From the NCBI GenBank assembly GCA_040954595.2, contig CM082595.2:1490635-1554634 (forward strand): a DNA stretch of 64,000 nucleotides. The letters run 5' to 3'. Under the pieces are notes generated by a model. The model made no database searches, had not been told where the DNA came from, and was given only the letters and a program-made list of their open reading frames with translations. The translations under genes and the position numbers were made by a program. Source of the stretch: Balanoglossus misakiensis. Taxonomy: Eukaryota; Animalia; Hemichordata. Below are positions 52,501 through 63,796 of the stretch, piece by piece. Positions within the stretch are counted from its first letter, which is position 1; every line of letters begins with the position of its first letter.

Positions 52501-53939
52501 TCTCATCTTTTTTTCTTTGCAGGTATATTGGTGTACAGTGTGTTGAAATAGCAGGCTGTGCCAAGATGGTCGGCTATGGTCCAGGGCAATCTATCAGCCC
52601 TAACGATGACAGATACCGGCATACATGGAATGCTGCATGTTGCGACGGATACTGGCATTTCGTCGATTGTAACTGGGGAGTCTCTCACATCGGAAGTGCC
52701 AGTACGTTTGATCCATTCCGGTATCAGTATGACGAACACTACTTCCTGGCTGATCCGGAAATCATGATCCGTACTCACTTCCCAAATGATCCGCCCTGGC
52801 AGTTGATGAGAAATCCATTCACAATGCAGGACTTTGTTGATGACATTTTCCTCAAACCCAACTTTTTCACATACGGTTTTGTTCCAATTACACACAAAAA
52901 ATGTGTAGTCGAAGCTGAGAATGGAGATGTTGAGATCAAGCTTGGATTTTCAAAGGGTTACGTTGTCAACTGTGAGCTTTTCAACGAGCAGGGCCAAGTG
53001 GCCAAAACTGTGAATGAAATTCCATTCACAATGTATATATTCCAGCAACAGGTGGCTGAGAATATTCTGAGTTTTTACATCAGAATGCCTGATCCCGGCG
53101 TCTATTATCTGGTCTTCTATTCCAAGAAGCATTTCATAGACGGAGACTTCAACGCTGAGACAGCTACTGAGATTTGTCGGTACAAAATCAACAGCCATCG
53201 TCCGTCATCAGACAGGTATCCTCTTCCAATCTGTCCGCTTAATTGGTGGGGACCTATCGGGTCGGAGGGCTTCAATCTGGTTCCTCTGACCCACCAGAAT
53301 GCAGTTGTCATGTGTGACGGGGGCACGGCTGATATCAAGTTTAGTTACTCCGGGTCTTTGCAGTTTCATTGTGAGATCTCGGCGTACGGCGCCCCGCAGG
53401 GTCAGTTTATGAGGTATCACCTGCAAGGTGTGGGTGAAAGCACAGTGTCTTTTCGATTCCTACCCCCGGTCCCGGGAAGGTTTGGTTTCAATCTCTTCGT
53501 CATCCTCCAAGAAGGTGACACAAGGCATCTCATTCCCTTCTGTAGTTACCTTATAGTCTGCAGAGAACCCCAGGCGAATGTGACCCCGTATCCCTACGTG
53601 TCAGACAACACATGGGGTGCATGCCCGGCCTTTGATGTGTTCGCTCTGCATACAATCAGCCATAGCGATCCAGTCATCATCACCAAAGATGATGATCTGA
53701 ATCTTGAAATAGGCTACAGACAACCAATGGGTTTGTCTTACACATACATGTACCTTTACATGCAGAATACACGAGATCTGACCAGTACTGTTTTCTGTGA
53801 ACCTGGTGAGGGAAAGGCCACTTTCTTGTTGTTCATGGAGAATCCCGGCCACTATCATCTGATGATCTGTGCATGTGATCAAGCTGATCCACACTCATCT
53901 AAAATACCAGTCTACAACTACCTTATCATCAGAGAGTAA
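46506..53939 (+). CDS. Hillarin / kyphoscoliosis peptidase (KY)-like transglutaminase-fold protein with long N-terminal coiled-coil repeat region (about 1487 aa)
   Basis: Frame-consistent exons: 46506-46889, 47069-47368, 47871(or 47862)-47956, 48047-48164, 48515-48538, 48763-49044, 49187-49362, 49484-49610, 49778-50071, 50171-50440, 50678-50971, 51155-51406, 51685-51888, 52051-52286, 52523-53939. The C-terminal half has family motifs EKIRLIFRWI, LFMRMCRYIGVQCVEIAGCAK, HTWNA, WHFVDCNWG, YDEHYFLADP, HFPNDPPWQL, followed by repeated beta-rich (KY Ig-like) segments. Confidence 0.88.
48175..48246. repeat. About 33-bp direct repeat (about 2.2 copies) in an intron
   Basis: GTCATGTGATGATGCTGA..GGTC.ATAACTT occurs twice. 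Confidence 0.7.
49658..49750 (+). mobile_element. 93-bp piggyBac-type MITE, copy 5 (more diverged)
   Basis: TCAACTCTTTCACCCCCATTTC...AGGTCCAAC..CCATAGGAAACAATGG..TGGACTGAAC..GGTGAAAGGGTTAA; same length as the other copies. Confidence 0.8.
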
Positions 53940-53946
53940 GATATAC

Positions 53947-54039
53947 CTAACCCTTTCACCACCATGGTTCAGTCCAAACCCATTGTTTTCTATGGTTAGG
54001 TTGGACCTCTAAAGAGGGAACTGGGGGTGGAAGGGTTAA
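53947..54039 (-). mobile_element. 93-bp piggyBac-type MITE, copy 6, immediately after the KY-like stop codon
   Basis: CTAACCCTTTCACCACCATGGTTCAGTCCAAACCC...GGGGTGGAAGGGTTAA. Confidence 0.85.
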
Positions 54040-55064
54040 AGGGATGGGTATAGTCCCGTCTGTGGCTGATATTATGGGCAGATTATGGGTCCCATTCAAC
54101 ACAGTTCCTTGCAAGTCACAGCAGAAGGTGCATATTGTAACTGCTGCAATGTACATTGTTGCAAACAATGTGGTTTTTACTTTGTATTCAATTCTGCGTT
54201 CAATTCATACATATCAGTTTATCACAGTTTGCAGTTCTCTTCAAGACTACTTCTAGTAATTATTGACTTCAACCATTTTCTGTTCATTTTTGAACAACCA
54301 GGTGATAGTAATTGATTTGTGTTAGGCTTATAGATTTCCTAAAAATGGATAAGTGCCTATTATTACTATACCATTGTATTTTTAGTGTTGTTATTTTTAA
54401 CTTAGTCTATTTGACTAAATTGTTGGTTTTATGGTCACAGTTTTCAGCTTGCATGTAAATATAATTTCAAATCTATAGATGAATCATCTCACTTGATAAT
54501 TCCTCAGAAAATGGGAGAGTTTGTGAACTCGAAACTACTACTAGAAGTATGTGTATATTTACGAAGAAACAAGAATTATGGGAAAATTGCAAATCACGGT
54601 ATAAATAAATATTATGCAATTAATGTACAAGTTAATTTTTGCATGATAAAATTGTTGCTTTATTTGTAACCTTACACAAAACCAAGTACAAGGTGCATAT
54701 GATGATATGGTACGTAGGCCAAGTATGGTTCTCTGGTCCGTATTCCTCGTTAGAGGGCGTGGGGCTGACCTTCCCCCTGACCTTCCCCCCTCGCCCTCTA
54801 CTGGGGAATAGGGATCCGGGAACCAGACTAAACGTTGGCCTATATTTCCATGATATTTTCGAACCACGAATGAAGTAAGTGTTTTTTGTGACAATATTTA
54901 GAAAGGTTTCAGTATAAACTTTCTTCTTGAGTATTTATGGCATGAATATATGTCTGCAGTAGATGCTAAGAATATATATTTGAACACAAGAATAGTACAT
55001 CTGTATTATCATATCTCGGGAGGGGAAGGGTGAAAAATAAATGGTGACATAGGGTCGATCATGT

Positions 55065-57178
55065 CTAAAGGACGGCTATTTTCCCTTCGAGTTCAATCAG
55101 TTCACGTTTCTTAACTGTGATTTCATTGACTTTACCTTCTGCTGCGTTTTTCTGGCCGATATGTGAACATTTGGAAGCTACAGTTTGTAGAACAGCAAAC
55201 ATGAGGAACGAAGCAACGCACAAACCTACTAGAAAATACATCATGGATATAATCGCATATTTTGCGATTAACATTCCCATAATCCAGGGATAGAACAAGT
55301 ACGCAAAAGCTACCGCAACCAGAAATAATCCTGTAGCTTTCCCGTTCATTGTGATATATCTCTCTGCCCATGTAACTGACGCAGGCCACGCAGAACCCAT
55401 TGATAATCCCATCATAATCGTACCAATAAAAAGGACGATGACGTTATCTTTACCCCAGAATGCAAGCACTATCGCCGCTAGGCAACATCCCGTTAAATCC
55501 TCTAATAACATCTTTGTCGGATGATGGAATCGGGCAAGAAATATAGCAAATCCCCTGGAGATCACAATCCCGCCCCAAAAAGCAGTCGTTAGGAAACTTG
55601 CTACCTGGGGACTTAAACGAACGTCACATTTGACAGCAAATGTATAAAGAAAACCAATAAATATTGCCTCATTTCCGATATACAGTATTAAATAAACAAA
55701 AATGAGCGTGAGTATTACCATTCGAAAATGAAAACTATCGTTTGTGTTGCTAAAGTGTTCTTCTTTTGAAAAATCTGGATCTGCATTTTTACTAATCATT
55801 ATACGTCCAGGAAGTTTGGCATACAGACCGAAATAGACAAACGAAACCAAGCAGAATATTCCTGATATGAATGAGTAGGGAATCCATAGCGGAGGGATGT
55901 CATGTCCAACTGATTCAGCATGGAAGTTCTCATGTGGTATGGAAGAGTTATTTGTGGCGTTAAGGTTTGTCCTTGTGTACATGTAGACTTCTGTGGTGTC
56001 ATTAGAAAAGACAGGTGATATGTGCGAGATGGTTTGATTGGGCCTAATACTGGATTGTTCAATCGTTGTTGTCGTTAGAAATGGACCAACCACCAGCGAG
56101 ACGATGATTCCACCTGCGGCCACTAACATATTGGCCGCTTGGAGTACAGGACCAGCTTTCTTTCCCCAAAGATCGAGTGCCAAGTGGTTGTTCCCTACAG
56201 AAGGAAAAGGAAAAGTGGACTGTTATGCCGTGTAAGTCTTGATTGTGAAGTCTGTGAAAAAAGTATATGTAAAGCCAATAGCGCTTAAAAGTTAATACGT
56301 CCATAGCTCGACTTTGAGCCCACAAGTAACTTTAGTCTTGATATAGATGGAAAGGGAAAGAGTCTTAGTGGCAAATTTCCAGCCATTTTATTTATACCTG
56401 TATCAACATATCCAGTAAACAGCCCCCATATCACCATTGCCGCCAACAGAAAGTAATAATCTTGGATCCATGGGATTAAAGCGCTGACAGTTCCCGCTCC
56501 GAGAAGAGCCGAACCAAGAACGAAGTGGTTTTCAAACCGATCGTAGGAGAACCCGGATGCAAGTGACCCCGCCAGGTGACCTAGACTGCGAGCTGTGTGA
56601 GCCAGGGTGATCTCTTGGAGTGATGTATCTACTTGGCGTTGAAGTTCAAGAAGGCTTAGTCCAGGTATGGAAAGGCTTAAACCCTGTAATGCATAAATCA
56701 CTTGATAACAACACACAACAACATCACTGACACACACACACTAACTTTGACCATCATCACTTTTCTCCTATCGCACTTACGTGACCAATATTTTACGAGC
56801 ATGAATCCCCCCCCCCCCCCCCCCCCCGCAGAACTGCTTGGCCAATCCACTTTTCGGGGTTGTACAGTACGAAATATGAGTGTTTTGGGAGAGCTTTGAA
56901 TTCAAAACGGAACATGATGAGATGAACACACAAATTAACGATACGTGACTAAGACATTGCTGTACCTTTTGCTATCGGATGTGTACCCTTTTGTTACGGA
57001 TCATCATCATTTCAAACATCTGATATGTACATGTACATTACCCGTTGTTCGGAACTTTTGTGTGAAGTATATGACCCACCCAGCAAAGTGACGACAAAAG
57101 GATAGCTGTTGTCCTTGCTCGTCGTAGAGGGGGTACTGCTGGCCTGTCATCTTTCGTGTCGGCCTTCTCTTCCATCAT
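55065..57178 (-). CDS. MFS transporter, MFSD4 / sodium-dependent glucose transporter 1-like (about 504 aa)
   Basis: Exons 57080-57178 (MMEEK..LSSLCW), 56398-56683 (GLSLSIPGLSLLEL..GYVDT), 55065-56194 (GNNHLALDLWGKKAGPVLQA..LYIGNE..FLTTAFWGG..SRG). About 12 hydrophobic segments and a Thr/Asn-rich, N-glycosylation-site-rich luminal loop. Confidence 0.88.
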
Positions 57179-58868
57179 AAAACCACAATTTCGTCCTTCT
57201 CGATATCTCACGTTCAATAACCAACTTCCTCGAGCCACCAGCAGGTGTGGTTTCAATCACTGGTGCCTAGATCAGTAGAAAAAGTATCTTCACGTGTGAT
57301 CGGACAGGTGCACAGCCGCTCTCGTGACTTGTAACCTTAGCAACGCGCTGAACATTCAAACATGTCACCGCCCTCGTTTGATAACTACCATTGCCGAAGG
57401 TTTGACCTTTGGAAAGTTACTTCCCCACGGTCATACACTCTACAACGCCACGGTCATCCCACAAATCGCTAGGCAACCGTAATTCGACCTTCTCTCGGTG
57501 AAAATGCGTCGAATTTGCCCTCGTCTCTCATTTCGCGTATACGGCGCGTATCAGGGACAGTGTTCGCACATTACATATACATGTACCATCTACAATGCTG
57601 CTACCAGGAACGACAGTTACCTTGAGGGCAGTAGATATGATGGATTATCAAAAATGAACTCTCACCTTCGACTCGAACCAACAATCACCCCATGTGAAAC
57701 AATCGCCCAATAAATCAGATGTGCAGACAAACCCGGAACAGGAGGTTTCAAAATGCCGCACAGAAAACGAATGATATACTGAAACCTCTGCACTTTTTAG
57801 TCCCAAGTATATATGCAAATAGTAAGGCTGCCCACGTAATACTTAGTATTTCGAAGGCCACTCTCTGTGTTAAAGTCTATAATCAAAGTCCATGTGTGGA
57901 CGGGCTGTGCTGCAATCCTTTGGTTACGTTATACCACTGAAATGTTAGTCTACCTCCGTGGTTATATTATATATATTGGTTTGTGGGGGAGTAACAGAAA
58001 AACACAGAACAGCTGAGAATAAGTGTCACAGCTTTCATGATCAACCTTCAATTATGATGAAAAGCCCCTAACGGGAAATGAGTTACCCATACTATTGGTA
58101 AAGGCGCCATAGATAACGAATAAATATTTTTTTTACACAAGATTTCATGAATGAAGAAAATATTAACATATATGACATGAACACCTGTGGACTTGGATAA
58201 TTATACTCACTTGGAGGTAGAGTATGGAGTCCAGGCAAATGTTATCGTCTAAACGAGTGATGCAAACTGCTTGTGCCTGGACATCAACATGGACCCCGGC
58301 GCGTCTAGACGATCCAGCAAGCAAGCAACCAACTCCTACTGTAGTACCCCCGGACTGAACCGCATGCGAACACTCACCATGCAACGCGCTAACAACCTTG
58401 AGTTTGAAAACAAAGGACGTTCATTTAAATACAATAGCCGATTGCCAACGGCTCGGCAGTTCCGATCTTTCATTTACCGGTTATGAGACAGATTATTGAT
58501 TGCTGTCAGTCCCTTTATTTAAATTTGACCGTAAACTATGATTGGTGTACATGTATATGATCACGGTCATTCCCCTTTGCGTGATATAATGTTCACAAAG
58601 GAACCGATCACGCAAGCGCACACGAGAGAAGTTGACGGACGTGAGGATACCTGGTCCCTTGCACAATTCCCGACGTTGGGTGCGCTGCGCTAAAGTTAAA
58701 AAGCCAAATTTATCAAGTTGGTTTCTTACATATTGATGGTTAATATTAAAGCTAGCTACACTTCAAAGAAAGAACTTAATCGTGGCAGTTGTCCAACGCC
58801 GATGTAATTATGACAAGAAGTCTGTCGTTTGTTCTTTATGGGAACATTATTGATATCAGATCAAGCGG

Positions 58869-60299
58869 TCAGTATCTGGTTTTAAATTTCTCAGGTCTAG
58901 TTTCTACGAATTCCCTGTAAAATGCCAGGTTCATTTGTATCGGGTGGTAAGTACGGTTCACTAAGAGTTCACCAAGACAATCCAGGGCTACACTGTCAAA
59001 GTCCGCGTGGAATTTGTTTGCGAAGAGGTGCGGTTTTGAGACCAGGTTTGGCAAGTCACGCCACCCGTACACGCAGATGTTTCGAACGAGGCGTCCCTTG
59101 CATTTTGGTACAACTGGAGATTCGCTCTTGGAAGACCATACTTTAGCCCTGGCCAGAGAGTGGAAAGTACTGGCGTTGCTCAGCGGAACACCGGGAACGC
59201 CAGGCAGACGAACCAGTGTCTGATAAAAATGTTCATCAGGGCAAAGAGTGTAGTTCAACCATGCAAACCACTCCTGAGCAACTTTGGAGCGCAGAACAAA
59301 ATCAACGAACGGTCTGCTCAGAGCAACATGGAGTTCGCCTTTGTAGATTGGTCCCGCAAACGGTCTAGGGAGAGTACGTGGCACTGTTGAATTCACCATG
59401 CGACCAACATGTCTGTCGAGAAAATATCGAAAATCATGTCTTGCAGCATACATGGATGACACAGTACTCCCGACATCGCTCTGTCCGCGATATTCTTTCA
59501 ATATTTGCACAATTTCTAAGTTGGTTTTTAAGGGGAAATCCTGGCCGCTCAAATTCAAATAATATTTCCATTTTTCGGGGCGGCTCAGTAAGTCAGAAAG
59601 GCAGTAGAGCTCGGCGCGAACAACCTCTATTGAACACCAGTATACTGCAGTTAGTCTTGAAGCGATGAAGACGTTATCGAAGCACTCAGTGATTGCCTTC
59701 ATGGACTGGTGTATGTCACGTGACACCTTTCTGTCTACGTGTATGCAATAAACGTTGTGCGGTCGATAAATGGTGCGCAAGAGCTGTTCAACTTGATGCA
59801 CAGATTTATACATGTAAATTCCGTATGCTAGGGGAAAGTCTTTTTCGTCTTGTGTGACTGGGTTTGTGAAATATCTTGCAGTAAAGCGTGTACAGTTTTG
59901 AGCCAATACTTCGAAAGCTGCATCATCACGTATGTTCGCTTTTAAATAACGATTTCTCTCCATCGCCGCTGTTTCGTTGATCTTCTCCTCTGACATAAAC
60001 AGTTTGGAACATGTAACGGAATTTTCACTTTCTGGAAAACGTCTGACGTAGAACGATTCATCATTAACATTTGTCAGATCGTTTGGTTGGTTGAAGTTGC
60101 CAGCGAAAGAATGTTCTTTTTGCTTTAAAAGGACGCCATTTTGACGACCGACGCCCTCCAGAACACCACGTCGCGTATCAACTTGCGCCGGCGCAGAAGT
60201 GACGATCCAGAGACGGAGACATAATACAATACTGGAAGTTAAAAGAAACAATATTTTGTGCACTCTTTTCACTCTTGGACACGAGCAATAGAACCCCAT
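58869..60299 (-). CDS. Core-2/I-branching beta-1,6-N-acetylglucosaminyltransferase (GT14, GCNT family), 476 aa from the ATG at 60299
   Basis: Type II signal anchor, then EKDFPLAY, LLRTIYRPHNVYCIHVD, WKYYLNLSGQDFPLKTNLEIV, PDEH, CVYGWRDL and HLFANKF. The ORF-track start at 60344 is a TTG inside the acceptor TTGCAG (exon begins at 60338). A possible in-frame upstream mini-exon 60956-60976 (MNNRRFK|gtaaac) would extend the N-terminus. Confidence 0.93.
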   Translation of the reverse strand: MGFYCSCPRVKRVHKILFLLTSSIVLCLRLWIVTSAPAQVDTRRGVLEGVGRQNGVLLKQKEHSFAGNFNQPNDLTNVNDESFYVRRFPESENSVTCSKLFMSEEKINETAAMERNRYLKANIRDDAAFEVLAQNCTRFTARYFTNPVTQDEKDFPLAYGIYMYKSVHQVEQLLRTIYRPHNVYCIHVDRKVSRDIHQSMKAITECFDNVFIASRLTAVYWCSIEVVRAELYCLSDLLSRPEKWKYYLNLSGQDFPLKTNLEIVQILKEYRGQSDVGSTVSSMYAARHDFRYFLDRHVGRMVNSTVPRTLPRPFAGPIYKGELHVALSRPFVDFVLRSKVAQEWFAWLNYTLCPDEHFYQTLVRLPGVPGVPLSNASTFHSLARAKVWSSKSESPVVPKCKGRLVRNICVYGWRDLPNLVSKPHLFANKFHADFDSVALDCLGELLVNRTYHPIQMNLAFYREFVETRPEKFKTRY

Positions 60300-62308
60300 G
60301 GCTAAATTCTTCCTCAAATTGCGTCTTTTAGTGGTTTCCTGCAAGGAATAAATAAACAGTATACTTTTGAGACAACAGTTGCGTTAGGAGAATGGGACGA
60401 TATATCCGAAACGAGTGAGATTAGTCGCATTACTCATGTTACTGTGGTAATAGGTAGTTTGTGAAATATCATGTGATACATAATTTTTGATGACATGTGA
60501 TACATGTGCCCCGTGCGACTTTCAACACAGGAGGGCGAGCTTTTATCCATGTATTCGAGATTACTGAGAAATTTTAGAGTGAACGATAGCTTACTTATAG
60601 ATCATTAGTCGAATTGTGCGAGAAGGGGATTCGAGTACACGGGGAAGAGTGATCCAGGCCCGAAGACAACCAACAGTATCTCAACTATGCCATTACGAAA
60701 GACCCGAGAGAAAGCTCTTCTGACTGCAACTATATGTGTTAACATTCCCCTAATGTCTTAAATCTTGTTATTCCAAATGTGGCGCATGTTTTAGCTATAC
60801 CAAAAATATACGTTTGTTGCATTTCCAAATTCTTTAGCAAGTTCTGGATGACCATTGTAAGAAATTTATAACTAACCGCATTTTAAATCAGACATTAATA
60901 TCTATGTCTATGCTTAGTCGAACTGTGAGCACCTTCAATGAAAAAATACGTTTACCTTAAATCTTCGATTATTCATGGACTAATCCGATAGCGCAACTCG
61001 TCAACCAGTTACAGAAATTGAAGATAGTCTACAGGATTCTGCCAAGCTGCAAACGTCGACGTCTTCAGTAATTGGTGCGTGATGGAGCCACGATTTCCAA
61101 CCAAGTGAAGCGGGCTTGCTTTTAACATGTTTAAGTTCACTCATTTGACTGACGTCATCCAGTGGGCGGAACTACTAGTAGTTGGTAGGCACGTTGGATT
61201 GGACAACTTAACATCTAGTCTGCACAACGTCACACGTCAATCAAAATAATAAGCAGTGTCTGCCAGGAATATCATCTGTTGTCTTGGGTTACACCAATTC
61301 CATACAGCTAGGGAAGGGATATGCCTTAACACCATGAGATTGAGATTTGTTTCGCAAAGGGTGTATTTCAGAATACACCCCAAACCGGCCCGCCCTATAA
61401 ACAGAAAGCATTGTTCACGTCAATTTTCCTGCTCCTGTGTTCACACTGAGGGAAACATGAGCTACAAGGTCTTGATCTAGTTCCGAAAGTCACCCGTGGT
61501 TAACATCAACAAAGCAGGAGGCAGAATAGTCTCACATTATGTTTTTATAGAAACTGTTGAACGATGAAGTTTCAAATGTTCCCAAGTAATTTAATGACAA
61601 TGCAAGATTTATACATTTAGATTTTGAGTAAATATTGACATAACATTGCCCCTGTATTAATGAAGAATGACCAAATTTCATGCATCCACGCACATAGGAG
61701 CATGAACGCGGAAATATAACTTATAATGGAAATAGGTCGGCCAGCCTGTGTCTGCGGGATTTTCCCCATGAGCTATGAATAGGTCTGGGTGTAAAGCTTT
61801 GTACACGCCTATGTTGATAGATGTACGGAAACACGGTCAAAGCTCATCTTGTTGTCTGGGTGTTTAACCAACGATGTCGTTTTAAGACGCGTGTGCATCT
61901 TATAGCGAATGACTTTATCAACGATCGACTCGACCAATTTTCAGAGTTGTGTGGTCTTCGTAGTTACTCTTGTCACGTGATCTCGAACTTGAACTTTCGG
62001 GCAACGCTATTTGGGTCAGGAAGGTAAGCTTCTCCGGTACCCTTACACGCAACCATTACGATTTTATTTTGACACTTGCCGGAGCGTCTGCACGTTGGAA
62101 AAATCAGGTATTCGCTAAAAGTACATGTATATTTACATTCACACTTCTGTCCGTTTCTCAATACACATGGAGAAGTAATTATTTTTATTCTAACATCTTG
62201 CAAGGTATATTGATTTTAAAACTTCCTCTTGCCTAGGCCTGTCTCGTAAACGTACTGGCTGATATATTGGTACTTGACTGTCACGCGAGTTCAGCTGCTA
62301 AACCGGCG

Positions 62309-63796
62309 ATGGCAAGAACCAACTGGCTGATTGGTCCCCTTGTTACGGGACGTGCCAACTCCCTTGCTCCTCAGGACGGACGGATCTCGTCAATTTTGTT
62401 TGCCTGCAACGTCATCACGTTTGCAGTCGTTTTCAACATCGTTCGGTGGATGTCAACGGGGATAGGAGAACACCCAATCTCAATCGACGTCACACACCTC
62501 TTTATTATCCTATCCATTTTCACCGTGTTCGCTTGTTGCATCATGGCTGGTTTCATTTTGGCTGGAAAACGCTATGTTCTTTGGCAGACAGAAGACAACT
62601 CTTCCAACAGTCAGGCTCATTTCACCTTAGATCTCATTGGCGTCTACATTTTTGGTAGCGGTGTTGTACTTTTGGAATTGATCTGTCTCTCTGGATCCCT
62701 GCAATGCCTGACCGTCGCAAGATGTTTACCAAACGCTGCAGAATATATCTCCGAGCTTCTATTCTGTGCAAGTCGTTTGATCTTTACGTTGTTACTGATG
62801 GTGTTTCTTGGCAAGTATTCCCGCGCAACCCTTCACAACTGCGTGCTTCTCCGATACGCTTTGCTGATTATTTTGGCTGTTAATCTGATGACGTGGTTTT
62901 TCACATTGCTGGACGAATCCAAAGAGCTCTTCAAATCGTACACCGATCCGGAAATGTTTCAGGTACTCTGTAATACATCCGACTCTACTGATAATGAACT
63001 AGCTTGGCAGTGTGTCAACCACACAACTCCATGGCAACGGACTCTGCTGTCTGCAGAACCGGTTCTGTATCCGTTTTCTATGGAGTTTTCATTGGTAGCG
63101 GCAACTATTTTATACCACATGTGGGCGTCCATGAAACACCTGCGCAGATCGCGTAGACTTGTTAAGGACGCAGAAACCTTCTCAGAAAGAAGTCAGCTTA
63201 TCAATAAAGACTCTCGCGATGAAAACCTGGGAAAAACGGACGACGAAAATGATAGACTTGAGGTCAGCATTGATAGTGAACTTAACACTTCCTTGACGAT
63301 ACCAGTACGCACCCCGACACAGAAAAATATGATTGCGCCACGCTGTGGCTTCGGAATGATAATAGGTATCGTAATGATGACAACCATGATCGTCGTACCG
63401 CTTCTTCAGCAGAAAGGAGTTCTCCCTGAGGCCATGTTACGTCTGTATTACGTCACAAAGATACTGCATTACGGCATCATGACAATCTTATGTTGGGTTG
63501 GCTTTGAACTGATGCGTTACTATGACTACGAGCACAGGCCATATGCGGGTGAGGACGCCCTCCTGCTAGTCTCAGCAGTTGGCGAGTTTGCTTACATGTA
63601 TTTCAAAGCCACGGCCGCCGTTGGACTTATTATTGGTCATCATGATTATCACCTGAACGATGACATTCCAAACGACGTACCTTGGATGCTAATTATTGAG
63701 AAGATTCTGACGTGTGCGCAGATCTGGACGCAGACCACATTTTTGATTGAAGCTGCTCGCTATAAACCCAGAGAAATGTGCAATGGAGGGCAAAAG
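62309..63796 (+). CDS. Otopetrin-family proton channel, first coding exon (496 codons); gene continues beyond window end
   Basis: Multiple TM helices, signature LYPFSMEFSLVAATILYHMW, AVNLMTWF, DALLLVS and QIWTQTTF. Acceptor at 62236, donor AAG|GTAC at 63797, upstream donor AAG|GTAAG at 62024, and a polypyrimidine tract at the very end of the window implying a further exon. Confidence 0.92.

Noticed and set aside
52371-52522. ORF-track N-terminus of the 522-aa ORF
   Set aside because: Intronic read-through; the real exon begins at the acceptor at 52523.
46409-53894. Minus-strand ORFs overlapping the KY-like gene (e.g. 46409-46909, 50164-50388, 50674-51096)
   Set aside because: Antisense shadows of E/K/R-rich coding exons, giving S/F/L-rich nonsense translations.
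56807-56828. Long poly-C run (also poly-G near 36846 and 44616) as G-quadruplex elements
   Set aside because: Simple homopolymers of uncertain assembled length; no specific functional evidence.
58163-58486. GC-richer segment with short ORFs on both strands and a minus-strand donor at 58205-58210
   Set aside because: No recognisable protein similarity. It may be an upstream UTR exon of the MFS gene, but the sequence alone cannot support a call.
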